Positions 29,701-39,527 of a DNA stretch of 64,000 bases are shown piece by piece. The stretch comes from Vulcanimicrobiota bacterium (lineage in GTDB: Bacteria; Vulcanimicrobiota; Xenobia; Xenobiales; JADMJV01). A program made the position numbers and the translations under genes. Below the pieces are notes generated by a model. The model did no database searches, was not told the origin of the DNA, and saw only the letters and a list, made by a program, of their open reading frames with translations. The stretch covers positions 302,934 to 366,933 of the forward strand of contig JBFWNU010000004.1 of NCBI GenBank assembly GCA_050250895.1. The letters are read 5' to 3'. Position 1 is the stretch's first letter. Every line of letters starts with the position of its first letter.

Positions 29701-29940
29701 GTGCGAAGCCATCATCGTTGGATCGAACTGCTCTTTCTCGTGATGCTGATTGCCGGGGCCGCCTATCTGGCCCGCCCCGCTCCCCCGCCTCCCCCTCCTC
29801 CGGCGCCGCCGGTGGCCGTGGCCACACCGAAAGGGAATTCCGGGGATGGCCTGCAACAGGTGGTAGTAGTCCTGGAAAGAGCCAGCCGCCCACCCCGCCA
29901 GGCGGCTGAAACGGTGATCGAATGTCTGTGGCAAAGGTAA
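29701..29940 (+). CDS. small single-pass membrane protein
   Basis: TATAAT 6 nt before GTG 29701. TM segment then a poly-Pro tract. Confidence 0.55.
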   Translation: MRSHHRWIELLFLVMLIAGAAYLARPAPPPPPPPAPPVAVATPKGNSGDGLQQVVVVLERASRPPRQAAETVIECLWQR

Positions 29941-30737
29941 AACATCCCCACGTCCTGCGAGCCGCGCTGGCGGCCGACTCGTTGGCGATGACACCCCACT
30001 GGATCTACGACCCCGCCAAAATCCTGGAGCGCTTCGGCGTGGTCGACCATCTGATGGTCCCACCGGAAGGCACCTACCATTACGGCCAACCGCTGGGCGG
30101 ACAAACCCACCTGGGTCACCAGACCATCGTGCTAGCCCGAACCCTCGAGGACGGCTGGGATCGGCAGCGCTTCGAACAGAATTGGCGGGCCTTCTGGGCT
30201 GACTCGACCTCTTACCAGGATAAGGCCACCAAGAACGCTCTCGAGGGCAATCTGGGCGCCTCCGACGAACTGGGCGGGGCCTCTCGGATCGGCGCGGTCA
30301 TCGCGGCCGTCGACGAGCCGAGCGAGGCTCGGCGCATCGCCAGAGAACAAGCGGCTTTGACGCACACCGCCGAAGTGGCCGAAACGGCCGCCCAACTTAC
30401 CGGTCTGGCCTACCAGCTTCTCGATGGCCAATCGTTATCAGCCGCGGTCCGCCAGGCCTTCGCCGACCACGACGCCCTCCAGCGAGCCGAGAGGGTCCTC
30501 AAAGAGCGACCCAACGAGGCGGTGGGCGAACTGGGCCGGGATTGTAGCCTGCGCTCGGCCCTGCCCTCGGTGCTCTATTTTCTGCTGAACTCGACCTCGC
30601 TGCGACAGACGCTGATCGACAACGTCATGGCCGGCGGCGACTCGGCTGCCCGAGGCCTGGTGTTGGGCAGCCTGCTGGCCGCCTCGATGGGACCTGAAGC
30701 CATCCCTCGCAGCTGGCTGGACGAGCTGCGATGGTAG
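29922..30737 (+). CDS. ADP-ribosylglycohydrolase family protein
   Basis: ADSLAM.PHWIYD, ALTH and NVMAGGDSAARG...IPRSW motifs. Confidence 0.85.
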   Translation: MSVAKVKHPHVLRAALAADSLAMTPHWIYDPAKILERFGVVDHLMVPPEGTYHYGQPLGGQTHLGHQTIVLARTLEDGWDRQRFEQNWRAFWADSTSYQDKATKNALEGNLGASDELGGASRIGAVIAAVDEPSEARRIAREQAALTHTAEVAETAAQLTGLAYQLLDGQSLSAAVRQAFADHDALQRAERVLKERPNEAVGELGRDCSLRSALPSVLYFLLNSTSLRQTLIDNVMAGGDSAARGLVLGSLLAASMGPEAIPRSWLDELRW

Positions 30738-32068
30738 CCACCTATCTGCTGGAGCGCCGGCGCGCCATCCTCAACGGCAAACTGCCCGAGAACCTGGCCA
30801 CCGTCGTGAGCATCCTGGCTCCTCTGTTGGCGATGGGTTCCGAGGCTGGCGAGCCCCTGCTGCTCCTGCTCTTCCCTTTCGGCTACGCTTGCTGGCAGAT
30901 CTGGCGATTTTCCTCGATTTGGGCCGAACTTCGTGACGGAGGCGGCCTGGAGGAACTCGCCGGCACGGGCGTTTCCCTGGCGAGAATGGCCGATGAAACT
31001 GCGGTCTATACTCTGGGGCGAGTGATCAAGACCGGTTCGGCCCCCTGGCTGATTCTGGCCGTGTATGCCGGTGCGGAAGAGTGGTATCTTCCCCTTTTGC
31101 TGCTCGGCGGGCTGACCGCCATGGTACTTTCCCTGTCTTACACCGTGCAAGCCTGGTCGAGCTGGAGCGGTCTAGCCTGGTATTGGGCCCTCTTCGGCGT
31201 CCCCTTCTGCTTTGAAGCTCTGGTGTTCGCAGTGGGCCTTCTCAGCCGAATGCTGACCGGCGGCCAAACCGCCCTGATGCTGCTGGTGGGGCTGGCGGGA
31301 CTGATCCTGCTACCGCGCGCCCTGACCCTGAAAGGCCTCACCAGCGATCGTCCGAGCCTGGCTGCCATGGTCCGCAAGAACGAAGGAAGACGAACCGCCG
31401 TCCCGGCCGGCTGGTGGACCGGCAATCCGGTCTTCCGGCGCCGTCTGGTGCGCTTCTCGTCGCGCACGGCCCGCACCCTCATGCTGTTTGCCAGTCTGCC
31501 GCTGGCCCTGCTGAGCCTGGTGTTGGCCGACAACGCCCTGACCAATCCCTATAACGGTGCCGATCAAGGCCTGTTTAAGCTGCTGCTGGGCATCGCCGTG
31601 CTGTTCTTCGCGGCCACCTTCATCGCCTATAGCGACGTGCGCAAAGAACGCACCACCGGCAGCCTCGACCTGATGCAAACGAGCGCTCTCGAGCCACGCG
31701 AACTGGTCGACGGGTGGGCCATGGCGGCAGCTCTGCTGCCTGGCCTGGTGCTCATGACCAGTCTACCGGGAGTGGTGCTCGGCTCGCTGAGCACCGGTTG
31801 CGCCAACCGCGCCGCCCTGGCTTTCGTGACCGGTCTGGTGCTGCTACCGGCCGGAGCCTACTTCGGCGTGGCCGTCACCGAATGGGACACCGAGCGGCCC
31901 TGGTTGCCGATCCTGTTGGTGGGCTCGGGGGCGGTGGCGTTTCTGATGCTGGTCGACCTGAACCATCCGAGCCGCGCCAATCCGGCCGTGCTGGGCGCGC
32001 TGTTCGTGTTCGCCGGCGGCTGCCTGTTCTGGCTCCGCCGGATGGCCCTGGCCGCCTATCAGGGCTGA
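30731..32068 (+). CDS. multi-pass membrane protein (ABC-2 permease-like)
   Basis: Many TM helices. NPVFRR and KERTTGSLDLMQTS motifs typical of ABC-2-type permeases. Confidence 0.7.
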   Translation: MVATYLLERRRAILNGKLPENLATVVSILAPLLAMGSEAGEPLLLLLFPFGYACWQIWRFSSIWAELRDGGGLEELAGTGVSLARMADETAVYTLGRVIKTGSAPWLILAVYAGAEEWYLPLLLLGGLTAMVLSLSYTVQAWSSWSGLAWYWALFGVPFCFEALVFAVGLLSRMLTGGQTALMLLVGLAGLILLPRALTLKGLTSDRPSLAAMVRKNEGRRTAVPAGWWTGNPVFRRRLVRFSSRTARTLMLFASLPLALLSLVLADNALTNPYNGADQGLFKLLLGIAVLFFAATFIAYSDVRKERTTGSLDLMQTSALEPRELVDGWAMAAALLPGLVLMTSLPGVVLGSLSTGCANRAALAFVTGLVLLPAGAYFGVAVTEWDTERPWLPILLVGSGAVAFLMLVDLNHPSRANPAVLGALFVFAGGCLFWLRRMALAAYQG

Positions 32069-33507
32069 GGCCCGCGGTCGAGCCAGTTGCTGATGCAGCG
32101 CAACGCTCCCCAGCGGGTCGAGAGCACACCCAGCGGCATGGGATGCACCTCGAAGCCCTGCTCTTGCCAGGTCTTGATGGCATAGTCGTCGAGCTTGTCG
32201 ATACCGTAGACGGGCAAGAAGACCCGTCGCACCTCGTGGCCGTCCTTTTCAAACCGCTCCATCAGGCAGTTGTTGTAAGAGACATAGGGTGAGCCCACCC
32301 GCCCGGCCTCGGCGTGGGGCAGGCGCACCACCTTGTAGCCCTTCTTCTCGACGATGCGCACATAGTTATCGAAGTCTTCCGGGTTGTCGCGATTCTCGAC
32401 GCTGTCCTGAGCCAGACTGACCGGATAGCCCAGCTGCTGCTCGAGTTTGGCCTCGGCCTGCTGGCGCTCGGCCGGAGTCATCTCGGCCAGCAGGCGAGTG
32501 GCCAGCCCCGGGTCGCCCACGAAGAAGGTGTGATCGTCGATGGGCGTCAGGCCCATATCGAGATGGTCGGTGGCCGGCTCTTCCACATGGCGGGTGTTAG
32601 GATCGTCTTTACCCATGACCGTCACCGGCTTCCCAAATTGGGTCTGGAACAGGCTCACCGCCTCGTCTTCGTACATCTGGGCCAGACTGACGCCACCCTC
32701 CAGGCGAGGCACTTCGAGATTCTTCAGTTGGTAAGGCAACCGATGGCCCAGCTCGGCCTGGGGCACGAACTCGAAGGGAAAGATAGCTTTGCCCTGAGGG
32801 TCCAGCACGTGATTGCCCGTGCGCTCTTCATATTCGGCCGCCAGCCGGGCCTGGAGTCCAGCCACGCTGGTGACCGCCTTCTCGAGTTGCTTGGCGGTGG
32901 CCGCTACCGAATAATAGCCGACGAAGCTCTCACGCGTGTTGGCCATCACCTCGCCGCCATCGGTGACCAGTTGAGGGGCCACATCCAGCAGAACGCGGGG
33001 ATTTGCCTCGGCGATGGCCGGGGGCACAGCCGAGTCGTTGTCGTGCCAGTTGTGCAGCGGGGTTTGCTGGACCAGCATGGTGTGGGCGGCATCGCCGGGA
33101 ATGAACTCGGGCACCATCATGTCGCGGGCCCACACGGTCAGTCGACCCACATCCGGCTTGAGGATCTGGATGCGCTCGGGATTGCTGGCCTGACTGGCCA
33201 GGGCCTCCACGTCGGCCTTATCACGATTGGACTCGACCACCACGGTGAAACGCGTGTCCGGCTCCATCTCGGTAAAGAGGGTCTTGTAGGCGTCGAGGAT
33301 CTGGCGGCGCATGCCTCGGGTGGCATAGCTGTCGCTGAGCATCAGAGCCAGGTGGGTCACCCGTCCGTGACTATCGGCAAACTGTTTGCCCTGCAAAACC
33401 GAGCCGGGCGCAGAAGCCTGGTAATCGTCGGCAGGTTCGCTGGCAGCGGCCGGGCGAGGCCGGGCGATGGCGGTGGGGGCGTGGTGGCGAACGGGCGAAA
33501 TCTTCAT
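32059..33507 (-). CDS. pentein-superfamily (agmatine/peptidyl-arginine deiminase-like) enzyme
   Basis: VWARD, DGGE, HLDM, SYNN and C-terminal GALRCI with the catalytic Cys. Confidence 0.8.
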   Translation of the reverse strand: MKISPVRHHAPTAIARPRPAAASEPADDYQASAPGSVLQGKQFADSHGRVTHLALMLSDSYATRGMRRQILDAYKTLFTEMEPDTRFTVVVESNRDKADVEALASQASNPERIQILKPDVGRLTVWARDMMVPEFIPGDAAHTMLVQQTPLHNWHDNDSAVPPAIAEANPRVLLDVAPQLVTDGGEVMANTRESFVGYYSVAATAKQLEKAVTSVAGLQARLAAEYEERTGNHVLDPQGKAIFPFEFVPQAELGHRLPYQLKNLEVPRLEGGVSLAQMYEDEAVSLFQTQFGKPVTVMGKDDPNTRHVEEPATDHLDMGLTPIDDHTFFVGDPGLATRLLAEMTPAERQQAEAKLEQQLGYPVSLAQDSVENRDNPEDFDNYVRIVEKKGYKVVRLPHAEAGRVGSPYVSYNNCLMERFEKDGHEVRRVFLPVYGIDKLDDYAIKTWQEQGFEVHPMPLGVLSTRWGALRCISNWLDRGPQP

Positions 33508-33746
33508 CGCCGCCAGCCTACTGCCGGGCCTACTGCCCGGAGGTTACCTCCGGGTAAACTTCCGGCTCGCAAAAGACGATGTCGAGGACCTCGGTCCCCA
33601 GGCTTTCGCACAACTCGCGCACGCTGGCCCCTCGGGTCAACCGGGCGAGATGGCTGAGCATGCCGTCACTTGTCTGGTGGTGTTGCAGTTCGAGCTTGGT
33701 GGTGGTCATAGAAGGTTCAATCCAACCGACCGATGAAAGTTTCTCA

Positions 33747-34436
33747 ATGCGACTCTCGACCTTGTTACTCTGCTTGCTATTGGTCACTCCCGGATTCTGC
33801 GACCTGCAGCTCGACACCAACGTCCTCTCCAAAAACGAGGACCACCTCACCGTCGAGATCAAGTATCCCAGTTTCGCCGGGCTGGGGCCAGCCAGTGGCG
33901 TGGCCAGCAAGACGGTGAAGGGATGGGTCAACGCCACCCTGGCCGAATTCGAAGGCGAGTTCGCCAAAGCCAGAGCCGAGGGCCTGGGGGGACCGCCCTG
34001 GTCGCTCGCGATCGACTATCCCAGCCTCTATCAGACGCCGCGCCTGGTGGCCCTCTTCTTTCGCGGCTACGACTATCGAGGGGGGGCGCATGGAATGCCA
34101 GTCATGGTTCCCCTGATCATCGATGTCGCGACTGGCAAGCGGGTCGAGCCCCAGGGCTTGTTCCAACCCGGCAGCGCCTATCTGCAACGGCTTTCCAAGC
34201 TCTGCTATCAAGACCTCAACGGCCGCAAAGACGCCAATTGGGACCAGGACTGGCTGCGCAAAGGCAGCGCTCCCGAGGCCGGCAACTACCAGGTCCTCTA
34301 CCCCCAGTCCAACGGCCTGCTGGTGGTCTTTCCCCCCTATCAGGTCGATTCTTACGCGGCTGGCCCCCAGGAGGTGGTCATTCCCTACGCCAAACTGGCC
34401 GACATTCTCAATCCCAGGCTCTTCTCAGTGAAGTAG
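33747..34436 (+). CDS. secreted DUF3298/DUF4163 (RsiV/PdaC-like) protein
   Basis: Signal peptide. YRGGAHG and FPPYQVDSYAAGPQEVVIPY motifs. Confidence 0.85.
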   Translation: MRLSTLLLCLLLVTPGFCDLQLDTNVLSKNEDHLTVEIKYPSFAGLGPASGVASKTVKGWVNATLAEFEGEFAKARAEGLGGPPWSLAIDYPSLYQTPRLVALFFRGYDYRGGAHGMPVMVPLIIDVATGKRVEPQGLFQPGSAYLQRLSKLCYQDLNGRKDANWDQDWLRKGSAPEAGNYQVLYPQSNGLLVVFPPYQVDSYAAGPQEVVIPYAKLADILNPRLFSVK

Positions 34437-34494
34437 ACAAACGGTAACATGGGTCTTCTGGCACATCGGCTCGGTGCATGGTTGCATGAGGCCG

Positions 34495-35094
34495 ATGCGT
34501 ATCCCGACCATCCGCGCCCATACGCCTCGCTCTACGTTGCCCACGCGCCAACCGGCGCGGCGGATTGAACTCGACCGTTTCGTCCCCGCCCCGGTCCAAG
34601 ATACGCGACTGGCCTGGTGGGGCGGCGGTGCCCTGGCCGGGGCTGCCGTGGGAGCCGCCACCGCGATGCTGGTGGGAACTTCGATGCCGCTGACCTCGGG
34701 CGTCGGGGCGGCCGCCGGAATGGCCGTCGGAGCGGTGGCCCGCTGGTATGAGATCCCAGACGAGGTCTATCATTTCACGAGCCGCGAACTGGGCGACCAG
34801 ATCGTGGCCGAGGGCAAACTCGAGGCTCGTTCGGGTAATCACGGAGTAGGAGTCTACGCCACCCGCTTTGATCTGGCCGAGGCCGCCGCTCTCCAGCGAG
34901 CCGCTTCGACCGAAGTGGCTTTCGCGATTCCGACCGAGGGACTCGAGGTCCGACGAACGTGGATCCCCGGCACGTTCCGCATCGTGGGCGACGTCGATGT
35001 GGCCGGGCAGCAGCCGGCGGCCTACGCCCCCTCGGTGGTGGTGGAATTCCTCGACGACATCGGCTGGCGCGACCTTAGCAACGTCGCGAAATAG
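34495..35094 (+). CDS. membrane-anchored HYD1-type ADP-ribosyltransferase-like protein
   Basis: Gly-zipper hairpin then VYHFTS...I..EGKL...G.GVYAT, the H-Y signature of Tox-ART-HYD1. Confidence 0.55.
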   Translation: MRIPTIRAHTPRSTLPTRQPARRIELDRFVPAPVQDTRLAWWGGGALAGAAVGAATAMLVGTSMPLTSGVGAAAGMAVGAVARWYEIPDEVYHFTSRELGDQIVAEGKLEARSGNHGVGVYATRFDLAEAAALQRAASTEVAFAIPTEGLEVRRTWIPGTFRIVGDVDVAGQQPAAYAPSVVVEFLDDIGWRDLSNVAK

Positions 35095-35563
35095 GGGCTC
35101 CACAACAGTGGCAGTCGACCGGGGCCCGGTCCTGGCGGTAACGATGCCCGCAGTATTCGCAATCGAGCGGCTCGGGAAGCAGCGCTTCGAACAGATACAA
35201 CCGCTCCGGCTCTTCCTCATTAAGCACTCTGCAGTAGCCAAGCTCGGTGAAGTTGGTCAGACGCCTGGCCGCCGCCCGCCGGCTCAACCCCACATGGACC
35301 ATCAGATCAGGCGCCGACAGCACGCCGCCCATCAACTTGGCCAGACCCAGGATGTCGAGGTTCAACTCCTGGTCCCAGCGCCTCGACTGCTCGCGCTGCC
35401 GCAAGAAGAACCCCACCGCGCCGACCAGGCTCCCCAGGTCGACGCGGATGGTGGTCGCTGAACTCGACGACCGGGCCGCCGGGGCGGGGGTGTGATCAGG
35501 CTCCTGGCGCTGGCAGCTAGCGGGGCGAAGGCCCTCTTTAGAGAGAGTGAAACCGGGAAGCAT
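35075..35563 (-). CDS. hypothetical protein with winged-helix-like region and C-terminal zinc ribbon
   Basis: TAGACT 6 nt before the ATG. CEYC...CHCC at the C-terminus. Confidence 0.6.
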   Translation of the reverse strand: MLPGFTLSKEGLRPASCQRQEPDHTPAPAARSSSSATTIRVDLGSLVGAVGFFLRQREQSRRWDQELNLDILGLAKLMGGVLSAPDLMVHVGLSRRAAARRLTNFTELGYCRVLNEEEPERLYLFEALLPEPLDCEYCGHRYRQDRAPVDCHCCGAPISRRC

Positions 35564-35699
35564 AGACTGAGTCTAGCCGTCCAACAGCGCGCGGTCTGTG
35601 AAACTGTTTACAGAGATTACAGAAACTTCACATTCTGGCCGGCCGCCCCCGGCCGCGGGGTGTTAGTCTCTGAGGGCGGAGAAGCGAAAGGACTCGACC

Positions 35700-35960
35700 A
35701 TGCCCGCTCCGCTCCATCGCCCCCACGACGCCCGTCCGGCGCCCAACGCCAAACCCAAGACCAAACCCAAACCCCAGGCTAAGTCCCGGTTTGTCGGGCC
35801 TAACGACCTCGATCCTAGCAAGTGCTATCGGCGGGTCAACAATCCCAACCATCGCGATCTCTACGAGCAAATTCCTTGCCCGCAAAAGAAAGAGCGCCCG
35901 TCCATCGAGAACATGAACCAGTTCTTCCAGGCCTGGGGCGACCCTCGCTTCATCGCCTGA
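35700..35960 (+). CDS. small basic hypothetical protein
   Basis: AAAGGA SD, 86 aa, KP-rich N-terminus. Confidence 0.55.
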   Translation: MPAPLHRPHDARPAPNAKPKTKPKPQAKSRFVGPNDLDPSKCYRRVNNPNHRDLYEQIPCPQKKERPSIENMNQFFQAWGDPRFIA

Positions 35961-35999
35961 AGAGAAGGGTCGTGACCGGCCTTTCACCAACAAGCCGGC

Positions 36000-37436
36000 A
36001 TGAAACTTCGCTGCCTACTCTTGCTGGTGCTGTTGGCCACCCTGCCGGCCGCCGCCGAACGGGTCTTCATTCTGCACACCAACGATCTCCACGGCTATCT
36101 CGAGCCAGCCGAAGAGGGCGGCGAGGCGCGCATCGCCACCCTGGTGCGGGCCATGCGAGCAGCCTTTCCCGGCCAGGTCATCCTCTTGGATGCTGGCGAT
36201 CTGGCCCAGGGAACCCCTCTCTCTGGCCTGTTCTTTGGCGAACCCGTGGCCAAGACCCTGGACCTGCTCGACTACGACGCCATCTGTATCGGCAATCACG
36301 AGTTCGACTGGGGCAGCGAAAGGATGACGGCCATGCTCGAAGGCGCCCACCAACCGGTGGTGTGCGCGAATCTGGTCAAGACCGACGGCACCCGTCCCTA
36401 TCCTCCTTACGAAATCGTCACTCGGACAGGCGTGCGTGTGGCAGTGGTCGGCCTGATTACGCCTGACACACCCAACGTGTCCTCCCCCGGCGGCACTACG
36501 GGCTACAAGTTTCTCGATCCCTCCATCAGCCTGCGGGCTTTGCTTCCCGAGCTAGAAGACAAGGCCGACCTCATCGTGGCCCTCACTCACCTGGGTGTCG
36601 AGGCCGATAAGCAGTTGGCCAAAGATGTACCCGAGGTCGATCTCATCGTGGGCGGTCACTCCCACACTCCCCTTTTTCACCCGGTTTACGAGGGACAGGT
36701 GCCCATCGTGCAGGCCGGCAGCTACGCCAGGTATCTGGGAGTGTTGGAGCTCGAGGTCGACGTGCCGGCGCGCAAAATCAGCCAGTTCGACTATCATCTG
36801 CTCCAACTCGATGATTCGGTGGCTCCCGACCCGGCCGTGATGGCCTTGCTCCAGCCCTACAAAGTCGATGTCGAGCAGAGGATGGCCGAAGAGGTGGGCA
36901 AGCTCACTCAAACGGTCACCAAGGAAGCTGACGAGAACAATTACGACAGCCGGCTGGGCAATCTGATTTGCGATGTCTTTCTGGCCTCGACTGGTGCCGA
37001 TCTTGCTCTCTACAACCGGGGCGGCATTCGAGCCAACTCGCTCGAGGCCGGTCCCATCACCCTGGGCGACCTCTATAAGCTTTTGCCCTTCAACGATCCC
37101 ATCGTGGTCCTCGAGGTGCCCGGCCGAGAACTGGCCGCCATCTTGTTGCAGGGCGCCGAACAGGCCAAGCTCTCGGGAGCCGGTGTGAACGCCGTGATTG
37201 CCGTGAACAGCGGAGAGGTGCGCTCGCTCACCGTGGGTGGTCAACCCGTCTTGCCTGAAAAAACCTACAAGTTGGCGGTCACAGGCTTTCTGGCGGCCGG
37301 AGGAGACGGCATGGGCGGCCTGCCCAACTTTCCAGTGGTCGAGCGCTTCGACTATGGGAGAGACCTCTTCGCCAAGCATTTCAAAAAGGTCAAGACCATC
37401 GTCCCTCCCCAGGCCGGCCGGCTACGGCGGCTGTAA
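36000..37436 (+). CDS. bifunctional metallophosphatase/5'-nucleotidase
   Basis: Signal peptide. HTNDLHG, LDAGD, GNHEFD, GGHSH, GGIR and GGDG motifs. Confidence 0.93.
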   Translation: MKLRCLLLLVLLATLPAAAERVFILHTNDLHGYLEPAEEGGEARIATLVRAMRAAFPGQVILLDAGDLAQGTPLSGLFFGEPVAKTLDLLDYDAICIGNHEFDWGSERMTAMLEGAHQPVVCANLVKTDGTRPYPPYEIVTRTGVRVAVVGLITPDTPNVSSPGGTTGYKFLDPSISLRALLPELEDKADLIVALTHLGVEADKQLAKDVPEVDLIVGGHSHTPLFHPVYEGQVPIVQAGSYARYLGVLELEVDVPARKISQFDYHLLQLDDSVAPDPAVMALLQPYKVDVEQRMAEEVGKLTQTVTKEADENNYDSRLGNLICDVFLASTGADLALYNRGGIRANSLEAGPITLGDLYKLLPFNDPIVVLEVPGRELAAILLQGAEQAKLSGAGVNAVIAVNSGEVRSLTVGGQPVLPEKTYKLAVTGFLAAGGDGMGGLPNFPVVERFDYGRDLFAKHFKKVKTIVPPQAGRLRRL

Positions 37437-37495
37437 TCGCGCACTGGTAACCTGGCGGCAAACCCTGCGGTCACCGTAGTGATTAGCCTGGGGGT

Positions 37496-38728
37496 ATGCA
37501 CGCGACCCGAACCCTGAGCCAGGCCGCCGACACCACCGAGCGCATTCGCCGACTGATGAAAGGTCATACCGACCGCCAGGCCGAGGCAGAGATCCTGGCT
37601 TTGCTAGACGAGCAGTCCGCGCCCGACCTCAACTACGTGTTGGAGCACCTTGACCTGGAAGCGCTCTTCAACGATGTCGACGATCACCTCTGGGGGCCTC
37701 AAAACAAGACCCGATTGCTCGAAATGCTGGGCCGCGAACGGCTGGGCGACCTGGATTCGCCGGCCCGGGCCGCCATCATCGATGGTCTGCAGCGGGGTTG
37801 GACGGCCCTGACCGAGGAAGAACGCCGAAGTCGCGTCGAGGGCGGCGGAGGCAGCGAAGAGCGGGCCATTCGAGATGTCTTCGTCGGCACCCACGGCCAC
37901 CAACTCACCGAGGTCAAAAACCTGGTCAACGCTGGCGCCGACCACTACGACATGCACAATCTGTTGGGGCACGATGTGGACGACCCCAACCTGGTCGGCC
38001 AGATGCTCGATCACTTTGCCGCCACCCCGAGGCGAGGCGAAATCAAGCCGCTGAGCGACATCGACGACACTTTCTATGCCAACTGGAAAGACCAGCGCTT
38101 TCCCTCGAAGACCGTCTATCCGGGCGTGCTCGCCTTCTATCAAGAACTCGACCGCGGCCCCGACGAGGCTCATCCCCAGCCCCTGGGCGACCTGACCTTC
38201 CTCACGGCCCGCCCCGAGGACCCATGGGGCATCGTCAAAGACCGGGCCCACCGCGATCTTCGTCAACGCGGCATCCCCCACGCGGCGGTGCTGGCCGGCT
38301 CGGTCACGACCCTGGCCGACAACGAGAAGATCGCCCGCAAGAAGTTCGAGAACTTCGAGGAATACGCCCGCATCTATCCCGAGTACGACTTCGCCTGGAT
38401 TGGCGACAGCGGTCAAGGCGACGCCATGCTGGCCGAGCGCCTGCTAAGTAGCCACCCCGAGCGGGTCAAGGGAGCCTTCATTCACGACGTGGTCGGCCTT
38501 GACGACCAGGCTCGCCAGCAATTACGCGAGCGGGGAGTGCGCGTCTTCGACACCTACGTGGGAGCGGCCCTCGAGGCCCATCAGGCCGGCCTCATCTCGT
38601 CCGAGGGCGTGCAACGGGTTGCCCAGGCCGCCCAGCAAGACTTCTCTCGTCTCGAATTCAGCGATGACCGGCAGCGCCAGGCCCGCCTCGTCGAACTACA
38701 AGCCGACCTGTCTCGAGTCCAGCAATAG
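37496..38728 (+). CDS. App1-type phosphatidate phosphatase (HAD-like) domain protein
   Basis: SDIDDT, FLTARP and WIGDSGQGD motifs. Confidence 0.8.
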   Translation: MHATRTLSQAADTTERIRRLMKGHTDRQAEAEILALLDEQSAPDLNYVLEHLDLEALFNDVDDHLWGPQNKTRLLEMLGRERLGDLDSPARAAIIDGLQRGWTALTEEERRSRVEGGGGSEERAIRDVFVGTHGHQLTEVKNLVNAGADHYDMHNLLGHDVDDPNLVGQMLDHFAATPRRGEIKPLSDIDDTFYANWKDQRFPSKTVYPGVLAFYQELDRGPDEAHPQPLGDLTFLTARPEDPWGIVKDRAHRDLRQRGIPHAAVLAGSVTTLADNEKIARKKFENFEEYARIYPEYDFAWIGDSGQGDAMLAERLLSSHPERVKGAFIHDVVGLDDQARQQLRERGVRVFDTYVGAALEAHQAGLISSEGVQRVAQAAQQDFSRLEFSDDRQRQARLVELQADLSRVQQ

Positions 38729-38756
38729 CCAGGGATGTATCCATTAGAATCCCCCG

Positions 38757-38940
38757 GTTGGCTTCGCTAGAAGACTATTCTGAGAGACTGATTCACGCTA
38801 TTCTTTCTGTAGAGGCCACGACACGAACGGCCTACCAAGAACAAAATTCAGGAAGTCACGACTTCCGCAGGTTTCGGCCCCAGGCAGGGGCCGTCAAGAA
38901 AGAGGCCCCGGGCCAGAACCCCGGGACCTCTTTCGCATTT
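38757..38940 (+). ncRNA. candidate ~185-nt structured RNA
   Basis: TAGAAT at 38745-38750, nested complementary segments, terminal hairpin GAAAGAGGCCCCGGG...CCCGGGACCTCTTTC. Confidence 0.35.
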
Positions 38941-38959
38941 GGCGAGATCCCCAAAAATG

Positions 38960-39074
38960 TTAAGCAAACTTAACAAATTGCCCCCTAGACGAACCGGTTC
39001 GAGGTGGGATACCACTAGTGCACACTACTCCAAAAAGTCGCCTCGGGACTGCCATCCCGGGGCTTTTCTCTTTT
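38960..39074 (+). ncRNA. sibling sRNA-like unit, copy 1 (upstream boxes + conserved core + terminator)
   Basis: TTAAG-N5-TTAAC, CCCCTAGACGA, GTGGGATACC, GTGCACACTACTCCAA, GCCTCGGGA-N6-TCCCGGGGC, then a U-rich tail. Confidence 0.6.
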
Positions 39075-39119
39075 AAGGCCCCACGGAATAGGCGGGTCGT
39101 CTCTGCCGACCGTGGGAAG

Positions 39120-39527
39120 ATGAAACGACTGCTCCTTTTCTTGCTCCTACTCAGCCCCGCTTTCGCCCAGGTCGAGACCCTCTCGGTGGACGGCATCTAT
39201 CTCGACACCCCTGCTTCCCAGCAGGCCTGGCTGCCCAACCCCTGCCCGGATGGCAGCTACACCGCCGGGGAGACCACCGTCGAAGTCCGCTCGGGCAAGA
39301 TCATCAACGTGACCGGCACCTTCCTGAGCATGGGCCACCACCAAATGGCCGCGGTGGGCCAGGCGACCGACGAACTCGCGCTAACGCTCGGCCAGCCCAG
39401 CGACACGCTCTATGGTTGCGGCCCCCAGCGAGGCGACCACGTGCGATTCTATCACCATCTGGGCGTCATCGTTTGCGGAGGCGAGAAGGTCACCCAGGTG
39501 CGCCTAGAACACGTTAAGAAACCTTAA
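39120..39527 (+). CDS. secreted hypothetical protein (paralog of 42165..42686)
   Basis: Signal peptide MKRLLLFLLLLSPAFA. Shares VDG..LDTP and V.GT.L..G...VG...G.P with the paralog. Confidence 0.7.
   Translation: MKRLLLFLLLLSPAFAQVETLSVDGIYLDTPASQQAWLPNPCPDGSYTAGETTVEVRSGKIINVTGTFLSMGHHQMAAVGQATDELALTLGQPSDTLYGCGPQRGDHVRFYHHLGVIVCGGEKVTQVRLEHVKKP

Noticed and set aside
39018-39119. Shared MHTTP/MVHTTP N-termini of ORFs 39018 and 39569 as a conserved peptide leader
   Set aside because: They simply translate the repeated element and cross its terminator. Downstream ATGs (39120, 39725) give proper protein starts.
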